Shown piece by piece: positions 46,474 to 48,777 of a stretch of 48,777 bases of DNA. The notes under the pieces were generated by a model, which made no database searches, was not told the origin of the DNA, and saw only the letters and a list, made by a program, of their open reading frames with translations. Source of the stretch: an uncultured Anaerolineales bacterium. GTDB lineage: Bacteria; Chloroflexota; Anaerolineae; Anaerolineales; E44-bin32. The DNA is taken from assembly GCA_965363875.1 (NCBI GenBank), contig CBDTTY010000001.1, positions 1 to 48,777 of the forward strand, read 5' to 3'. Made by a program: the position numbers and the translations under genes. The first letter of the stretch is position 1; the number at the start of each line of letters is the position of its first letter.

Positions 46474-47544
46474 ATGACTCCACAAAACAATACAGTTGCC
46501 ATAGCGATGAGTGGGGGTGTCGATAGCTCGGTTGCAGCCGCCCTTCTTGTTGAGCAAGGTTTCGATGTCTTCGGCGTAATGCTCCGCCTTTGGTCTGCTG
46601 GACCAGAGACAAGCAACCGATGTTGCTCCCCGGAAGATGTCTCCCTTGCCAGGCGAGTGGCGAGTCAACTCGACATACCCTTCCACACCCTGGATGTCAA
46701 AGACACGTTTAAGAGAGAGGTTGTCGATCCTTTTATTGATGACTATGCGCAAGGAAGAACACCGAACCCCTGTATGCGATGTAATCGAATAATCCGCTGG
46801 GGCTTCCTTCTAGAAAGCGTCGTCGCAATGGGCGCAAGTCGCCTGGCAACGGGTCACTACGCACGGATACACCATGGAGGAGATCGCTATCACTTATTCC
46901 GAGCTAAGGATAAAAACAAGGATCAAACATACGTTCTCAGCGTTCTGCAGCAACATCAACTCGCACGCACTATATTCCCCCTGGGCGATATCAACAAAAA
47001 CAAAGTTCGTGAACAAGCTGCAAAACTCAATCTCCCAATCGCTGACCGGGCCGAGAGCCAGGACCTATGTTTCGTGGGCGACCAGGATTATCGAGAATTC
47101 CTCTCCGACCAGGGAATTCAACTATCCCCCCCGGGTCCCATTCTCGATGAGAAAGGTGAAATTCTCGGTGAGCATTCGGGTTTAGCAAATTACACAATCG
47201 GGCAGCGCAAAGGCATCGGAGTTTCGAAATCGTTTCCACTCTATGTAATAAACAAGAATATGGGGGATAATGTTCTCGTCGTCGGTCCCAAGGACAGACT
47301 CGGCCGTACGAGCTTCAATATCGGGCAGGCAAATTGGATTTCTGGCTCTCCGCCTAAAGACGGCAGCCCCTTACTTGTAAGAGTGCGATATAAGGCAGAG
47401 GAAGTCGGCGCAACCCTTCGTGCCCTTGATCATGCTCATGCAGAAATCCAACTTCTTAAACCGCTCCCTGACGTAACCCCCGGGCAGTACGCAGTGTTTT
47501 ACGAGGGGGAAGAATGCCTAGGAGGAGGGATAATCCTTCCATGA
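46474..47544 (+). CDS. mnmA: tRNA-specific 2-thiouridylase MnmA
   Basis: 356 aa. PP-loop VAIAMSGGVDSSVAA, then CCS...D, NPCMRCN, ATGHYAR and KDQTYVL. Confidence 0.94.
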   Translation: MTPQNNTVAIAMSGGVDSSVAAALLVEQGFDVFGVMLRLWSAGPETSNRCCSPEDVSLARRVASQLDIPFHTLDVKDTFKREVVDPFIDDYAQGRTPNPCMRCNRIIRWGFLLESVVAMGASRLATGHYARIHHGGDRYHLFRAKDKNKDQTYVLSVLQQHQLARTIFPLGDINKNKVREQAAKLNLPIADRAESQDLCFVGDQDYREFLSDQGIQLSPPGPILDEKGEILGEHSGLANYTIGQRKGIGVSKSFPLYVINKNMGDNVLVVGPKDRLGRTSFNIGQANWISGSPPKDGSPLLVRVRYKAEEVGATLRALDHAHAEIQLLKPLPDVTPGQYAVFYEGEECLGGGIILP

Positions 47545-47831
47545 CTCTTCATGGCTTTATCCTGGGGTTGACCATCGCCTCGGCTTGTGCCTTCCTTTTC
47601 CACATCCTTCGCGGCGGCAGTCTCAAACGTATCGTAATATATTTGGTATCTGCGTGGGTCGGATTCTTTTCAGGTCACCTGCTTGGCGAACTAATCAATT
47701 GGCAATTGCTAAGGCTAGGCTCTATCAACTTGTTCCCTGCGCTTCTGGGAACGATACTGAGCCTTGTTCTAACTGCCATCTTGGTCAAACCTAATTCCCG
47801 CTCACAAAAAAAGTCCCGCCGCCGTCGTTAG
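47541..47831 (+). CDS. Small membrane protein (3 TM) with a basic tail
   Basis: ATGA overlap with the mnmA stop, and GGAGGAGGG 11 nt upstream. MTLHGFILGLTIASACAFLF...; the C-terminus is SRSQKKSRRRR. Confidence 0.6.
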   Translation: MTLHGFILGLTIASACAFLFHILRGGSLKRIVIYLVSAWVGFFSGHLLGELINWQLLRLGSINLFPALLGTILSLVLTAILVKPNSRSQKKSRRRR

Positions 47832-47855
47832 ACACAAATTCAGCGATTTTGCTTG

Positions 47856-47864
47856 TGTTATAAT
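47856..47864 (+). promoter_or_regulatory. Putative extended -10 (TGtTATAAT) 8 nt upstream of ATG 47873
   Basis: Perfect TGTTATAAT, with no Shine-Dalgarno before the ATG. Confidence 0.45.
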
Positions 47865-47872
47865 CGACATCA

Positions 47873-48328
47873 ATGACTGAAAAAGATACTTTGACACCAT
47901 CAACTGACACATCTTCGCCCGTTGAGGCCACCCCTTCGGGCGATAAGATTCCCACGATATGGATCGTACTGGGAGTGGTGATTGTTCTTTTGCTTATCGC
48001 AGGAATTATTGTCGCTGCGACCGTAATGGTTCAAAATCCCGCACAAACTGAAACCTTTCGCGACATTATGATAATTTTTATGGCCTTCGAATCTCTAATC
48101 ATCGGCCTAGCACTTATTATCATGCTTGTTCAGCTAGCCCGCCTGACGAACCTCCTTCAATACGAGATCAGGCCGATACTCGAAGCCACAAACGAGACAG
48201 TCGGTTCGTTGCGCGGAACTACTAAATTTCTCAGCGATAACCTTGTTGCACCTGTTGTCAAAGCGAACAGCTCATTCGCGGCGCTAAGACGCGCAATCGA
48301 GTTGTTTGACTTTCGCCGCCCTAAGTAA
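47873..48328 (+). CDS. Membrane protein, possibly DUF948/YtxG-like
   Basis: 151 aa. Two TM helices followed by an amphipathic helical tail. It sits immediately upstream of a YtxH-like gene, as in Firmicutes ytxG-ytxH. The family call is tentative. Confidence 0.45.
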   Translation: MTEKDTLTPSTDTSSPVEATPSGDKIPTIWIVLGVVIVLLLIAGIIVAATVMVQNPAQTETFRDIMIIFMAFESLIIGLALIIMLVQLARLTNLLQYEIRPILEATNETVGSLRGTTKFLSDNLVAPVVKANSSFAALRRAIELFDFRRPK

Positions 48329-48364
48329 ATTTGAATAAAGAAATTAACAAAAGGAGAACGGATT

Positions 48365-48709
48365 ATGTCGGATAATAACAGTGATTTTGGTGCCTTCGTC
48401 TCAGGCTTTTTAATTGGCGGTCTAGTCGGCGCGGCTGTCTCTCTGCTCTTTGCCCCGCAGTCTGGAGAGGAGACCCGAACCCTAATCTATGACAAGGGTA
48501 TTGAGTTGAAGGATCAAGCCGGAGGTGTCATTGATGATACGCGTGCTCGCGCGGAAGATCTCGCCAAAGAGGCAAAATTAATGGCCGAGGATCTTCAGAA
48601 GCGAGGCAAGGGTGTCATTGAAGACCAGAAGAAGAAATCCACAAAAGAAGCAGCTCCAGAGAAGAAAGCTTCTACCACCAAGAAGAAAGACGACACTGCG
48701 AAAAAATAG
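48365..48709 (+). CDS. YtxH domain-containing protein
   Basis: 114 aa. FLIGGLVGAAVSLLFAPQSGEETR is the YtxH signature, followed by a charged helical tail. AAGGAG Shine-Dalgarno upstream. Confidence 0.8.
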   Translation: MSDNNSDFGAFVSGFLIGGLVGAAVSLLFAPQSGEETRTLIYDKGIELKDQAGGVIDDTRARAEDLAKEAKLMAEDLQKRGKGVIEDQKKKSTKEAAPEKKASTTKKKDDTAKK

Positions 48710-48732
48710 CTTCATCTGCAACTCTGTTCATT

Positions 48733-48768
48733 AATAGGACGCCTCAATGAGGCGTCCTATTTCATATT
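48733..48768 (+). terminator. Intrinsic terminator after the YtxH-like gene
   Basis: Perfect 13-bp stem AATAGGACGCCTC-AAT-GAGGCGTCCTATT followed by a T-rich tract. Confidence 0.75.
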
Positions 48769-48777
48769 CTCCCTTCA

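Overview
This is a dense, mostly housekeeping chromosomal window with about 45 protein genes on both strands, one tmRNA and one tRNA-His. I saw no CRISPR array, rRNA, transposase or obvious prophage. Gene content and style are compatible with a Chloroflexota-like or other monoderm lineage, but the taxon cannot be set from this window.

**Confidently recognisable genes**
- Translation and RNA: smpB plus ssrA (tmRNA), fmt, selB, hisS plus tRNA-His(GUG), mnmA.
- DNA: a Xer-like tyrosine recombinase, recJ, radC.
- Metabolism: glpA/glpB, a GDPD phosphodiesterase, histidine ammonia-lyase, a diphosphomevalonate-decarboxylase-family enzyme, enolase.
- Envelope and proteolysis: an S41 Ctp protease, an L,D-transpeptidase, an RseP-type site-2 protease.
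- Signalling: an HD-GYP response regulator and a Ser/Thr kinase.

**Observations most worth a second look**
1. A 23-codon ORF with two His-His codon pairs sits between an extended -10 box and an intrinsic terminator, directly upstream of hisS. This is a candidate ribosome-mediated histidine attenuator, inside a hutH / hisS / tRNA-His neighbourhood.
2. A tightly coupled minus-strand cluster encodes three polytopic membrane proteins. They resemble NuoL/M/N-MrpA/D antiporter subunits with degenerate signatures and have no other nuo, mrp or hydrogenase genes nearby. A 389-aa coiled-coil protein and selB follow on the same strand.
3. An uncharacterised 261-aa protein is translationally coupled to smpB and lies immediately upstream of ssrA.
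4. An FHA + OmpR-type winged-helix regulator is divergent from a C-terminally tail-anchored Ser/Thr kinase.
5. TGnTAnnnT extended -10 boxes recur 6-9 nt upstream of ATG codons that lack a Shine-Dalgarno sequence, suggesting leaderless mRNAs.
6. A zincin-like peptidase has its signal peptide encoded upstream of any canonical start codon.

All family calls come from reading motifs by eye. No searches were run.
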